From assembly GCA_965226795.1 (NCBI GenBank), contig CBDDDZ010000002.1, forward strand, positions 192,001-256,000: 64,000 nt of DNA, written 5' to 3'. A model generated the notes under the pieces. It worked only from the letters and a program-made list of their open reading frames with translations. It was not told the origin of the DNA and made no database searches. A program made the position numbers and the translations under genes. Numbering within the stretch: the first letter of the stretch is position 1; each line of letters opens with the position of its first letter. Origin of the DNA: Candidatus Latescibacterota bacterium. GTDB taxonomy: Bacteria; Latescibacterota; UBA2968; GCA-2709665. Below, in pieces: positions 37,204 through 47,343 of this stretch.

Positions 37204-39327
37204 CTACCACCGCACGCGAAAACGCGTTGTCGATTCGGCCGCCGTGCCGGCCAGTGAATCCTCAATGACCACCCGGAACGCGCGCAACCCCGGCGATGTA
37301 TCGGCCATATCCACCCGCAGATACCGGGGTTCCCAATCCCGAGCTCCGCGGTACGTATAAGACACCGCCGTCGTCCACTGCGGCTGCGGATCCTCCAGTC
37401 GTCGCTTCTCCGGTATCACCTGCGTCTGGTATCCGATCCTGTAATGCGTGGCGCCGAAGGAATCGCGCGCCAGGTTGTACACCTCGAAATAAAACCACGC
37501 ACTTCCGTTCCGTGAACACTCCGCCAGCGGATTGGGGAGCACCATATACCGCGCTCGCTCCATTGGCCATTCCTCGCGTTCTACGATCCGGCGCGCCATC
37601 AGCAGGCTGCTGATCTCCAGCGAATCGCGGCTGAACCGCCTGACCCGTAACGGTTCCCTGAACGTACCTACTTTCCTGTTCGCCTGGTCTTCCGCCTCCC
37701 CCGCCAGGTGATAATCCCCCGGCGCCAGCGTCAACTGCTCGCTCGCGATAAGATAACCCCGCTTGGTGGACACGTACTGTATCCATGGCATCCTTCGCAC
37801 TCGGCCGACCTCGCGCCGCAGCGTATCCCAGGCCGCGTCGAACAGGAACATCGCCTGCACCACGTCCACCGCTCGGATCCCGGGCCCGACCTCTTCATGC
37901 GTGACCTGGTCGCCGGGAAGCGCATAATATACCTCCACACCCGTCGTTCCACCAGAGCGCCGGAATTGCGCAATCTGATACGGCACGCTGTACTGATAAG
38001 GATAGCGGTAATAGTCCGGAACGGCCTTCACCAGCTCGCTGAAGGTCAGCGTCTGACCACCCAGCTTCGAGGCTCCGAACCGCCACGAATCCCAGGAATT
38101 GGTATTGAAGAACGAAACCTCGAACCCGTCGTACGTCCAGGTATCCTTTCGAGGTTGAAAGTCGAAGATCATCCCGGTCGGGCCTACCTTGCCCTGTCTC
38201 CTCAACTTCGCCTCCTCGGCGATCGTCCGAGTTAAACCCAAATCGATGTCCGCCGGCGTCATTTGCCGGGCGAGGGGTTTTCCATATCGGATATACGCCT
38301 GTCCCCGGTCCGTTTCCCACCCGGCGTACCCGTTGATGGGGTCGCCGAACCGCAGATTCGCGAAAGCCACCCGCCTGCACTGCTCCAACATTCGCTCGTT
38401 TATTTTGCTCAAATACAACGGATCTTTCCCGAACCAGAATTTTTGAATTGCCTCCACGTCCGGCGCGGGTTCGCCCTTCTTCCACGCCTTCTTGTCCCGC
38501 ATCAGGAACACCGATTGCATGAATCGGCGTTGCCGGTCGGAGAGGCGCGACAGTCCGTCCACGTAGGCCCGGTAGGCCGCTTCGGGGTCGCCCTTGGCCT
38601 GATGTCCCAAACCCTTAAAGAAATAGGCGTCCGAACGACCCGGATGTCGTTCAATATCGTCTCTAAACAGGGCAATCAACGCATCCGGCATCCGCGCCAT
38701 GTAGTACGCCAGCCCAAGGTTCACCCGGGACGGCCAGTGATCCGCATCCAGATCCAGGGCGCGGCTCAGATAGTCGATTCCGACGTCCACGTCCATGTCC
38801 GCGTAACCTCGCTGCGCGAACGTGCGCCCAGTCGTCACGTCTCCGTCCCCGGCCGCGCGCATCTCGTCCGCTTCATCCTCACGCGTGAAGAATGTCATCT
38901 CCCAGGACCAGACCACGTACCGCCCCGCCCAATAGTGCGCTCGCACGTTTTCCGGGTCCAGCGCGATGGCCTCCCGCGCCTTCTTGAAGGACGCGGGCCT
39001 CTGTCCCGTGCGCCACGCCAATTCCGCGAAGGTCGCCACGTAGTTCCCGTTCTCGGGTTCCCGTTCCAGCGCCCTCTTCAGCAGGGACCGCGCCTGCTGG
39101 CGCGAATACGTCGTGCCTTTTTCCAGCTTCAATCGCGCGAGCGCGTGCATGGCCTTTCCCGTCCGGTCGTGTTTCATCGCCTGCTTCGCGAGATCCCTGC
39201 GCGTTTCCCACTCCAGCGTCGTATCCGTGGATGCCAGAATGAGCGAATCCACCTTCGCAGGGTCGGCCTGCGCGGCCAGCGCCGGGGCCGTTAACAACCA
39301 CAAGCATAATACCGTCAATACGAACAT
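37204..39327 (-). CDS. TPR + GWxTD domain-containing exported protein
   Basis: Signal peptide (APALAAQA), GWETDRGQAYIRYGKP, VEVYYAL and FYFEVYNL. Confidence 0.85.
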   Translation of the reverse strand: MFVLTVLCLWLLTAPALAAQADPAKVDSLILASTDTTLEWETRRDLAKQAMKHDRTGKAMHALARLKLEKGTTYSRQQARSLLKRALEREPENGNYVATFAELAWRTGQRPASFKKAREAIALDPENVRAHYWAGRYVVWSWEMTFFTREDEADEMRAAGDGDVTTGRTFAQRGYADMDVDVGIDYLSRALDLDADHWPSRVNLGLAYYMARMPDALIALFRDDIERHPGRSDAYFFKGLGHQAKGDPEAAYRAYVDGLSRLSDRQRRFMQSVFLMRDKKAWKKGEPAPDVEAIQKFWFGKDPLYLSKINERMLEQCRRVAFANLRFGDPINGYAGWETDRGQAYIRYGKPLARQMTPADIDLGLTRTIAEEAKLRRQGKVGPTGMIFDFQPRKDTWTYDGFEVSFFNTNSWDSWRFGASKLGGQTLTFSELVKAVPDYYRYPYQYSVPYQIAQFRRSGGTTGVEVYYALPGDQVTHEEVGPGIRAVDVVQAMFLFDAAWDTLRREVGRVRRMPWIQYVSTKRGYLIASEQLTLAPGDYHLAGEAEDQANRKVGTFREPLRVRRFSRDSLEISSLLMARRIVEREEWPMERARYMVLPNPLAECSRNGSAWFYFEVYNLARDSFGATHYRIGYQTQVIPEKRRLEDPQPQWTTAVSYTYRGARDWEPRYLRVDMADTSPGLRAFRVVIEDSLAGTAAESTTRFRVRW

Positions 39328-39392
39328 TCAAATCTCCGAAAACCCGGCAGGATTTCCATTTACGCGACACCAATCCATGCCATACACATGGG

Positions 39393-40505
39393 CTATGGCG
39401 CGTGTATCGTCTCATGGGCACTGCTGTACCGCGCCACCGCTTCAATATCCAGTTCGCACCCCAGCCCCGGTGCCATGGAAACCGGCGTGAATCCGTCTTC
39501 GAAAACCATCGGCTCCAGGATCAGGTTGTGCTCCCGCACCCAGCTTCCCACGATGTCCGACGCCATGGTGCAGTTCGGCACCACCGAGACCGCGTGCACG
39601 AAGGAGGATTCCATGATTCCCAGGTCCACCCCGGAACCGTGCCAGCAGCGCAGCCCGGCCGCCTCCGCAACGGCGGCGCACTTCGCAAAGCCCGCCATGC
39701 TCCCGCCCAGGTTGACGCAATCCACCACACCGGCCTTCACGGCCCGCAGCACCCCCTCACCACTCCCGAGATGCATCGCAACTGGAATACCGATGGCCTC
39801 GTGAATCTCCACGTACCCTTCCAGATTCGACTTGGGGATCGGGTCTTCGAATACCTCCACGTTGCCCAGTTGCTCGAGTTGGCCGGCGAGTTCAATCGTC
39901 TGCGCCGCCGTGCGAAACCGCTCGTTCGGATCCACCGTGACCTTGAACTCCGGCCCCGCCACGTCCCGGATTGCCCGTAGCCGTTCCACCATTGGCTCCT
40001 CGATCTTGCACTTGATCTTGATCCCCTTGAAGCCGTGCTCGAGCGCCCGCGCGACCGTCCGTTTTCCATCCTCAGGTGTCTGGGACCCCATCCAGTAATC
40101 CGCCCGCACCCGGTCGCGCACCGCGCCGCCCAGCAGGGCATGCACGGGAAGTCCGCGCACCCGGCCGATCAGATCGAAAACGGCTACCTCGAGGGCGTGA
40201 TACGCGGGGCCCGTTCCTACGTCCAGCACCGTCTCCGTTCCGTCGCTGCGAGACTCGTAGATATTCTGCAGCGTCACCGCTTCGGGGTCCCGGCCCAGCA
40301 CCAGGGCCGCGCCCGCGCGCACGTCTTCGATGGGCACGCCCCGGCCGGTTTCGCCCAACCCGTAGTACTCGGTATCCGTATTGAGCCGGAGGATATGCTT
40401 GGTCACCTCGTCCCATCCGACGTTCGGCACCCATTCGGGGCTGTTCACCCGTCCCGGAATGGTCGGAACCACCACGGTCCACACGTCTACTGATGTCATT
40501 TTCAT
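39393..40505 (-). CDS. Mandelate racemase/muconate lactonizing enzyme family (enolase superfamily)
   Basis: YGLGE, ALEVAVFDL.G...GLPV..LLGG, KxK (KIK), VDPN, EDP and C-terminal PGLG. RBS GAGGAG. Confidence 0.9.
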   Translation of the reverse strand: MKMTSVDVWTVVVPTIPGRVNSPEWVPNVGWDEVTKHILRLNTDTEYYGLGETGRGVPIEDVRAGAALVLGRDPEAVTLQNIYESRSDGTETVLDVGTGPAYHALEVAVFDLIGRVRGLPVHALLGGAVRDRVRADYWMGSQTPEDGKRTVARALEHGFKGIKIKCKIEEPMVERLRAIRDVAGPEFKVTVDPNERFRTAAQTIELAGQLEQLGNVEVFEDPIPKSNLEGYVEIHEAIGIPVAMHLGSGEGVLRAVKAGVVDCVNLGGSMAGFAKCAAVAEAAGLRCWHGSGVDLGIMESSFVHAVSVVPNCTMASDIVGSWVREHNLILEPMVFEDGFTPVSMAPGLGCELDIEAVARYSSAHETIHAP

Positions 40506-40617
40506 CGTCCGCTCCTCGGTTTAAAGATTTCCGGATACAGTATGTCTATACCCGGTGCGGCATCGCTATGCTCAGCCACTAGCGAAACCTTAAGCATCCA
40601 ATGACGAAAAAACCTGC

Positions 40618-40659
40618 TTGACAACGACAACTGATATACTGTATATTGAAAGTAATACA
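40618..40659 (+). promoter_or_regulatory. Sigma70-like promoter with overlapping putative YtrA-type operator
   Basis: TTGACA-N18-TATATT (40618-40647). Imperfect inverted repeat TGTATAT-N6-TAATACA (40640-40659) just upstream of the GntR gene. Confidence 0.55.
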
Positions 40660-40684
40660 CTAATTCACTTTGGAGAACTGACCC

Positions 40685-41077
40685 GTGCTGATTGCAATCG
40701 ATCACCACAGCGGCGTGCCGGTCTACCGGCAGTTGATGGACCAGATTAAATTTCATATCGCAAGCGGCCTGATTCGGCCGGGCGAGAAGCTGCCCGCCAC
40801 GCGCACCCTCTCCGCACAACTGGGTGTCAACCCGATGACCGTCAGCAAAGCCTACGGCTATCTGGAGGCGGAGGGCATCGTGGAACGGCGTCGCGGGCGT
40901 CCCCTCACCGTCAGTTACCTGAGACCCGAAAAGATCGAGGTTCATAAGCTTGATCGTCTAAGGCAGAGCCTGGCGCCCATTGTGGCCATCGCGAGGCAGC
41001 TTGGCATCGACAAAGCCCAGGCACTGGAAATTTTCGGCCAGATGATGGACGATGCCGGCAATCAAGAGGAATCATAA
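40685..41077 (+). CDS. GntR family transcriptional regulator, YtrA subfamily
   Basis: ID..SGVPVYRQL, PGEKLP..R.LS..LGVNPMTV.KAY..LE.EG, and a short C-terminal helix. It is followed by an ABC ATPase start. Confidence 0.92.
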   Translation: MLIAIDHHSGVPVYRQLMDQIKFHIASGLIRPGEKLPATRTLSAQLGVNPMTVSKAYGYLEAEGIVERRRGRPLTVSYLRPEKIEVHKLDRLRQSLAPIVAIARQLGIDKAQALEIFGQMMDDAGNQEES

Positions 41078-41078
41078 T

Positions 41079-41351
41079 ATGGAATCTGCATTCGAAGTCA
41101 AGAATCTCACAAAGGCGTTTGGAGACGTGACCCCGCTGGACAACGTGAGCGTGGCCAGAGGAAAATCGCTTGTCTCGATGCCGGTGTACCATCGGTTCAC
41201 GTTCGGACCCTACGAAACGGCCAAATTGGCCGCACGGAGAAACTCCACGCGGAGATGGAAACTCACGGCTCCGCTCACCGGCCTTATCGACTGGATCCGC
41301 GCCGGCGAGTACGAGAACTACGGCGCGGTCCGACCCTTCCATATGTTCTAG
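41079..41351 (+). pseudogene. Truncated ABC ATPase (YtrB-like) N-terminus fused to unrelated sequence
   Basis: MESAFEVKNLTKAFGDVTPLDNVS is an ABC ATPase start, but no Walker A follows and the ORF ends after 90 aa. Confidence 0.7.
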
Positions 41352-41368
41352 ACTGGTGCCAGTTGTGC

Positions 41369-42961
41369 TCAGGAGCTTGGCTCAATCAGGAGGAGACCGG
41401 CCTTATCAAGACTTGGACCGAGTCGCGTTGGCGGACGGCGTGTATCGTCAACAAAGCAACCCCATTTGAAGCCGTCTGTCTCGATTCTGCACATCCCTTT
41501 GCCATGAGGTCCAATGGCGATTCTTCCGACCGCACCGGTCCCGGGCGGAAGCCTCAAGTAGACGGTGACAAAGTTGTCTCCAGTCACCGATATCTTCTCG
41601 ATCGGATCCCTATAGGTAGAAAGAAGAAAGCGCACGTAGGGTTCGACAAAGAATGTTGCGCTTGCAACTTCCACTCTCCGTTCATCGGGATACTCATATA
41701 ATCCGGCTCGAAGACCCTCGATGCTGGGATAGCTTCGACGGATGTTCTCCCACCCACTAACCAGTGGTGAATCCTCAAATGGGCTAGTGCCGCCAATGAC
41801 TGGACGATATTCGTCTTCCCGTGCCTCGGATTCCTCTTGGATTCTCGTAGGACCTTGCGGCTGCTTCGGTTGCTCAGTTGTCTCATCTGGATCGGATGTG
41901 GAAACCGGAGTTGCTGCGCTGGGCTGCCCCGCTCTCCTGGACACAGTGGCTTCTGGCGAATCTCGCACATCAATCTTCCTCATCGACCCACGCATAGCCA
42001 ACGAGATAGGAAGATCTACAAGTTCATCCCTGGGTTCCTTCTCCGTCCAAATGGCAAACCGATACTCTCGTTGATCCCTATGCTTGATGCGCTTAACGAA
42101 AACCGGACATATCACCCTTTCGAGGTCAGAATGCAGGTTGTCGAGAAAGTCGTACGGGTCGGGCACATAGATGACGGGCCCATGAAAGACGGTCTGCGAA
42201 GGATATTCCGCCTGGATTCCCTCTTGGTCACCTATTCGATCAGTCAGCGTGGCCGTCTGTCCTTGTGGACCGAGGTGCTCTGCGACCATCAGGCCGAGCG
42301 ACCGCGCAAATTCACGGGGGCGATGGATGAACGAGAAGTGATCGTAGTGATCTGGCAGGGTCGTCTTCAGTAGGCGCATTTCCTCGTGAGTCGTCGGTTC
42401 TATCGCTGTGCAGAGTATCCATCCGTTCTTGCCGTATGAGACGGCATGACGGCTCCTGGATGTCCGTTTCGTGCCTGTGGTCTCGAACCTCGCCGTCGCG
42501 CCGACAAGTTCGGCCGCTTTGTTCTTTTCGGCACTGTCGGATCGTGCTTGGTGCAAGTCCTCGGGATGATTGATGCGAGTATGCTCCAATGTCTTCGAGA
42601 CACGAGCCTCATGGGAATCCTTGATCAGGCGTTCTCCGAATCTGCGGAAAAGTGTCGGTTTCGAGATGCGCACGGTCGGGTACGTCTCGATTGCATACTT
42701 CTGGGAGCACCCTTTGATCACCGTCGTAATGGGGAGCCGTGCTTCTGGAGTACGCATGTCGACAAAATGAAGGCGAATCAAGTGACCGGCATCATCGACA
42801 ATGCTCTCGGACTGGAAAAGCGGAGTCCGGTATCTGCATCCAACGCGAACATCCGACGTCATGCCCGGATCTTCCTGGCACACCTCGGAAGCCGCCTCAC
42901 CCTCGACGTGCCCGGTGTCTGGAAGAATCTCGGTCGGTCCACTTCCTTTGTCGCTCTTCAC
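41369..42961 (-). CDS. Hypothetical protein, up to 530 aa (start uncertain)
   Basis: Long ORF with codon usage visibly less GC-biased than its neighbours. Contains ILCT...HGPVIY...FVK...DQREYRF. No family recognised with confidence. Confidence 0.6.
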   Translation of the reverse strand: MKSDKGSGPTEILPDTGHVEGEAASEVCQEDPGMTSDVRVGCRYRTPLFQSESIVDDAGHLIRLHFVDMRTPEARLPITTVIKGCSQKYAIETYPTVRISKPTLFRRFGERLIKDSHEARVSKTLEHTRINHPEDLHQARSDSAEKNKAAELVGATARFETTGTKRTSRSRHAVSYGKNGWILCTAIEPTTHEEMRLLKTTLPDHYDHFSFIHRPREFARSLGLMVAEHLGPQGQTATLTDRIGDQEGIQAEYPSQTVFHGPVIYVPDPYDFLDNLHSDLERVICPVFVKRIKHRDQREYRFAIWTEKEPRDELVDLPISLAMRGSMRKIDVRDSPEATVSRRAGQPSAATPVSTSDPDETTEQPKQPQGPTRIQEESEAREDEYRPVIGGTSPFEDSPLVSGWENIRRSYPSIEGLRAGLYEYPDERRVEVASATFFVEPYVRFLLSTYRDPIEKISVTGDNFVTVYLRLPPGTGAVGRIAIGPHGKGMCRIETDGFKWGCFVDDTRRPPTRLGPSLDKAGLLLIEPSS

Positions 42962-43081
42962 TGCTCACCTCCCAACGCAACAGATCAGATGCGGAATATA
43001 CATCACACCTTGCACAATGTCATTCATACTTGTCATTCTATCTCTCAAACCCTGGTTTCCACCTCAAACCCCCGGCGCCAT

Positions 43082-43174
43082 CTACCCATGCGCCTTGGTC
43101 AGAGACTTCGACACCATCCGCGCGAAGCGACGGTAGTAGTCGGCCAACGACATGCCTTCGAAGTCCCTGGGTTG
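43082..43174 (-). pseudogene. 3' remnant of an unidentified gene
   Basis: Alternative minus frame QPRDFEGMSLADYYRRFARMVSKSLTKAHG-stop, with host-like codons. It starts where the GNAT ORF stops looking like protein. Confidence 0.45.
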
Positions 43175-44154
43175 GCCGTGAGTTCGATCCCGACGCCGTC
43201 GATCACCAGATCGGTCCGCAGTACCGCCGCTTTGGGTTCGTGTGTTTTTTCCTCGATATTCGGATCGATTACGAATGTTCCCTCAAGCTCCGCGGCGTCC
43301 GTGACATCCAGCGCCTCGCGCTTGTCGACCGCAACACCCGGATCGCCCGAGGCGGTGAGAAAGACGTGAACCGGATCCGGCTTCTTATTCAGAATACGCC
43401 AGCGGACGGGGTGGGGGACACCTGCAACCAGCTTCTCGTCGGAAAGGCTGCACGACACCATCAGATCGTTGTTCTCGATCTCGGTGATTCCCCAACTCTG
43501 GCGGTCGAACACCAGTCTCAGGAAATCGCCGTCCGGGGCCCGCCAGAGATACTCATAGACCTTCACCTTTCCCCGCGTCATCACGTCCTCTTCCGGCTTG
43601 AGTTCCCTCACGTGGGCCTCGTACCAATCGTGCCTGGCAAAAAAAACGGCGGCGAGCGGATGCCGGCGGGCGGCGGGAACGAAGTTTTCCATGTGTACGG
43701 ACGAGTCCGGCCGCCACATAAACCCCATCTTCTTGTACAGCGGCATCGCCTTCAAATTACCCGGCCACGTGTACAGATCGACGCGCTGGAACCCATCCTC
43801 GTACGCGCGGTCCAGCGCGGCCCACAGTACGGACTTTCCGTGCTTCTTACCATGGTAATCCGGACGGCAGTTGAGGTACGGAACAAACGCGTGTACCTGC
43901 TGTCCCGGCTTTGCCCGGATCTTGCAGATGCTGATGATCTTCTGCCCAGTCTCGGTGACAAAGGCTCCCAGCAGGTTGTTTTCGCGAATATCCCGCTCCT
44001 GTTCGTCGGGAGTCGTCTGCCACCCTCCGCCTCCCGGCCAGGCCACGTCCGCCGCCATCTCGAGCGCGTAGAGCTTCTCCGCGTCGCCCTTTCGCCAATC
44101 CTGGACGAGGTTTCTGGTTTTGTGGAGCAAAGGCTCCCCTTTCTGTTTCAGCAC
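43099..44154 (-). pseudogene. GNAT family acetyltransferase, apparently C-terminally truncated
   Basis: LNCRPDYHGKKHGK (acetyl-CoA loop) and YTWPGN.KA.PLYKK.GF. The last ~25 residues read out of frame across the 43082..43174 remnant. Start probably a TTG after AAGGGGAG. Confidence 0.65.
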
Positions 44155-44274
44155 TGGCTGTTTTGAACTATGTATTTCGAATAACTCAATATGTATTAAG
44201 GCTGCTTTGTTCGCGTATCAATCATCTCCACGCCCACAATAGATTGTCGACTCGTTGAGGGAGTGTGGGTGAAT

Positions 44275-44822
44275 GTGGGGCAGACATTCCTGTCTGCCGT
44301 TCTCATTTCGGGGAGACGGAGGCGAGTCGTGGCGTGTCCGGACACAGGATTCTGAGGTTTCGGTTTGATGTATATGAGCAGACAAGAATGTCTGCTCCAC
44401 TTTTATAAGCTTTAGTTCGATGTATCGCTTGAGCGCATCAACCATCCGAGACAAAACGCCTGTAATTGCTTGCACTTCCCGAAGCAGCAAGTCGCCACTG
44501 TCACCACTCTATTTGCGCCCACACTGTCATGCTGAGGAAGCCGTCAGGCTGACGAAGCATCTACTGCAGCGTCGGATGATGCCCGAGCGTCTGTCACTTT
44601 GACAGGACTGACGGGCAGCACATCCGCTCGCCCTTCAGGCGGCGGCATCCACGGATGGGTGCCTGTACCCTGAGCCGCTCCCTGAGCTTGCGGTCCCTGA
44701 GCCTGTCGAAGGGTCGAAGGGTCGAAGGGTCGGATCATCCCTCCCCTCCCCGCGTCGGGGAGGGGAGGGGGAGGGGTCGCCATCCCCACACTCGGAGGCA
44801 GCCTGCAAGCGCCGCGCCCTAC
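44275..44822. repeat. Cluster of several REP-like palindrome types
   Basis: Inverted pair GTGGGGCAGACATTCCTGTCTGCC (44275-44298) and GCAGACAAGAATGTCTGCTCCAC (44378-44400); TGTCATGCTGAG...CGAAGCATCT (44525-44562); nested CCCTGAGC/GTCGAAGG x3 (44668-44729); 13-bp CCCTCCCCTCCCC hairpin (44739-44769); minus-strand GTAG-headed unit (44797-44822). Confidence 0.75.
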
Positions 44823-44856
44823 CCCGGTGGAATTTGGTCGGCAGCAAGCGTCTCGT

Positions 44857-47250
44857 TTACTCAACCACCCGGAACACCACGTTCCGTTCCGAGATCTGCC
44901 CCGTGTAGAGGTCCTTCACGGTAACGATCAGCTTGTGGAAACCGGCGGGGGCGTTGCGTGCGTCGATCTGCAGGAAGGTGAAGTCATCCTTCTGATTTCC
45001 CTGGTATCGCGCCGTGACCGTCGTCTCCGTGCTTTCGCGTGAACGAGGCGTGTTCTCGATCTCCTCGGAGATCTTATTGCGTTCCGGCAGGATGTATTTC
45101 ACACGGTAACTCACGGACTCTTCAATTTCATCCCGCCAGAGGTCTTCCTCTCTCTCGATTATCGCTTCGTCCACTATGGTCTGAATCTCCACCGTGGCGC
45201 CCGCGCCCGGTGCGTCCAGTGCGGCGAACCGTTCGGGGTGGATCTCCTCGCGATCCGGCCGGGTCAGCCGGTAGGAAATCCGGTATTTGGTCCGGCCGAA
45301 CCTGTCTTTTTTAAGATTGTAGATCTCGAGATAGATGAAGACCGGCTCGGATCGGCCGTAGGTATGGAGAGGATTTGGCGTGACGCGAAGATCGTCACGC
45401 CCCTCGGGAAACGGTGTTTTGGGCTGGATGCCGGAAGCCAGGAGAAGATCGCTCATGGTCAGTAATGAATCCGCCGTCCAAAATTCCCGGAATTCGCGAA
45501 AGGTCCCGATCGATCCGGTGCCGCGGTCTCGGACCTCCACCGCGAGACGGTGCTGCCGTGGGGCGACGCGCAGCGTTCGGAACGACACAATGTGGTTGCG
45601 CCGGATGCTGTCGCTTTTCGTCTCAGCCACGTTGGCGAACACCGGCCACTGCATGGTTACATCCATCTTCTTCCTGTAGACCTCATCCCAGTGCTCATCG
45701 AATAAGAACACGCCGTCCTCGAGGTCCAGAAGGCCATCCGGCTCGTTTACGCGCACCCGCGCCTTCGGAATGGCGTAGGCGAATTCCACGCGAATGCTGT
45801 CGTCCTCACGAAAGGCCGCGACCTGGTGAGGCATCCGATACTTCAGTTCGCGATAAGGGTCGATATACCGCTGCGGCGTATCTCGAAATACATGCCTGGC
45901 GGGAGGCTCGGGTGTTCCCCACATATTCCTCCGATTCCTGCCCGCATAAAAGTCGCCAAGATCGTTTCGCAGTTGTGTGACGGAGTACGTATCATTTCCA
46001 TTAACGATTCTAACATTCTCCATCAGATCTCCAACGGCCCCGCCTCCAGCTGATCCCAGCCCAAACCGCCATGCGTCCAAGCCGTCGCTGCTCTTAAACG
46101 ATATGCGGAATGTCTCATAGAACCACGTTTTCGACGTAGCGAAGGAAATCCGTTCAATAAACCGTCCAAACTTGATAAATGCCTTACCCGTATCCGTCTG
46201 CCATCCTGGAATACCCTTAAAAGGCCGGCTGTACCTGAGATTGGCATACGCAACCCGGCCATAATGCTCCATCTTCCGCTCGTTGAACTCCGTCAAAAAC
46301 AGCGGATCCTGCTTCCGCCAGAAACGGTCGCGGCGGTCATTTGTCCAATTGTCACGGCCAGTGTCTCCGTACGTAATCGCTTGTGCCATCCGTGTACGTT
46401 CTTCTTTCGACGCAATAATATCCACCGACTCCATCATGGACCGCTCTTCGTCAGTTATTCGCTCCATGGCCCGCGTGTAATAGCTATGCGCCAGGTTCAT
46501 TTCACCCAGCATCTGGTAGCCCAAACCGCAGAACATCAACCCATCCTTGTCCTCCGGCGCCTGTTTCAAAAAACGCTTGAAGACCAGGATCAACTCTTCA
46601 GGTTGCCCGGTCTCAACATGCAGCAAACCAAGCTGGTAATATGCGCCTCTAAAACCGGGATCCGCTTCAATGCTCTGCTGAAAATGTGTCCTCGCCCGCT
46701 TGAGATCCTGCTTGGCGAAACGTTTCCAATAAAACATCCTTCCAAGATTTTTGTCGACGAAGATGAAAGGGTCCTGCCTATCGATATAACGAAGATAATC
46801 CTGCACTGCAAAATACCCCGCCCAGTACGCCGCCTCCGCATTCTCCGGCTCCGTTTTCGCCAATTCTTCATAGTGCCGTACGGCATGCCACCAGAAACCC
46901 TGTCTGCTGAGCAATTCGCCGAGCGTCATCTGATAATCCTTGTTCTCCGGATCGAGCCGCATCGCCTGATTGAGCGCCTTCCGGGCGCTCTGGCGCGTGA
47001 GCGGCGTGTTCATTTCGATGTACAGCTTCGCTATTTGATAGTGCGCGGGCGCGAATTTCCAGTCCAGCTTCAAGACCCGCTCAAAAGCCTCTATAGGCTC
47101 CTTCGGAGGCGCCTGTCCGACCTGTGCCAATGCCTCGCGGTAAAGCGAATCCACGCTCGCGTCCGTCTTCCCGGCGCGTACTTCGCCTGTCACCAGCAGC
47201 GCCACTATGCAGAAAATCAAGAGTCTCATCGATCTGGCTTTCCGGAGCAA
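44857..47250 (-). CDS. TPR + GWxTD domain-containing exported protein
   Basis: Signal peptide (probable start MRLLIF at 47229), TPRs, FWRKQDP...NERKMEHYGRVAYANLRY...GWQTDTGKAFIKFG, MSDLLLA and YLEIYNL. Confidence 0.85.
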   Translation of the reverse strand: MLRKARSMRLLIFCIVALLVTGEVRAGKTDASVDSLYREALAQVGQAPPKEPIEAFERVLKLDWKFAPAHYQIAKLYIEMNTPLTRQSARKALNQAMRLDPENKDYQMTLGELLSRQGFWWHAVRHYEELAKTEPENAEAAYWAGYFAVQDYLRYIDRQDPFIFVDKNLGRMFYWKRFAKQDLKRARTHFQQSIEADPGFRGAYYQLGLLHVETGQPEELILVFKRFLKQAPEDKDGLMFCGLGYQMLGEMNLAHSYYTRAMERITDEERSMMESVDIIASKEERTRMAQAITYGDTGRDNWTNDRRDRFWRKQDPLFLTEFNERKMEHYGRVAYANLRYSRPFKGIPGWQTDTGKAFIKFGRFIERISFATSKTWFYETFRISFKSSDGLDAWRFGLGSAGGGAVGDLMENVRIVNGNDTYSVTQLRNDLGDFYAGRNRRNMWGTPEPPARHVFRDTPQRYIDPYRELKYRMPHQVAAFREDDSIRVEFAYAIPKARVRVNEPDGLLDLEDGVFLFDEHWDEVYRKKMDVTMQWPVFANVAETKSDSIRRNHIVSFRTLRVAPRQHRLAVEVRDRGTGSIGTFREFREFWTADSLLTMSDLLLASGIQPKTPFPEGRDDLRVTPNPLHTYGRSEPVFIYLEIYNLKKDRFGRTKYRISYRLTRPDREEIHPERFAALDAPGAGATVEIQTIVDEAIIEREEDLWRDEIEESVSYRVKYILPERNKISEEIENTPRSRESTETTVTARYQGNQKDDFTFLQIDARNAPAGFHKLIVTVKDLYTGQISERNVVFRVVE

Positions 47251-47343
47251 TGAACAGGAAGCAAAGTCCCGTGTACGCGAAATAATCTGGCGACACGGCG
47301 CCGGCGTGGGCTCCCGATCGCAGCCGAACAGCTTCGCTCGCTA

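Noticed and set aside
42739..44166. + strand ORFs 42446..43369 and 42739..44166
   Set aside because: Antisense to the GNAT gene and the 530-aa ORF, with no recognisable motifs.
44171..44197. dif-like sequence ATTTCGAATAA...TATGTATTAA
   Set aside because: The left arm is XerC-like, but the spacer length and right arm do not fit TTATGTTAAAT.
44668..44729. Short repeats here and the heptamer tracts as CRISPR arrays
   Set aside because: Units are 7-8 nt with no unique spacers, and there are no cas genes.
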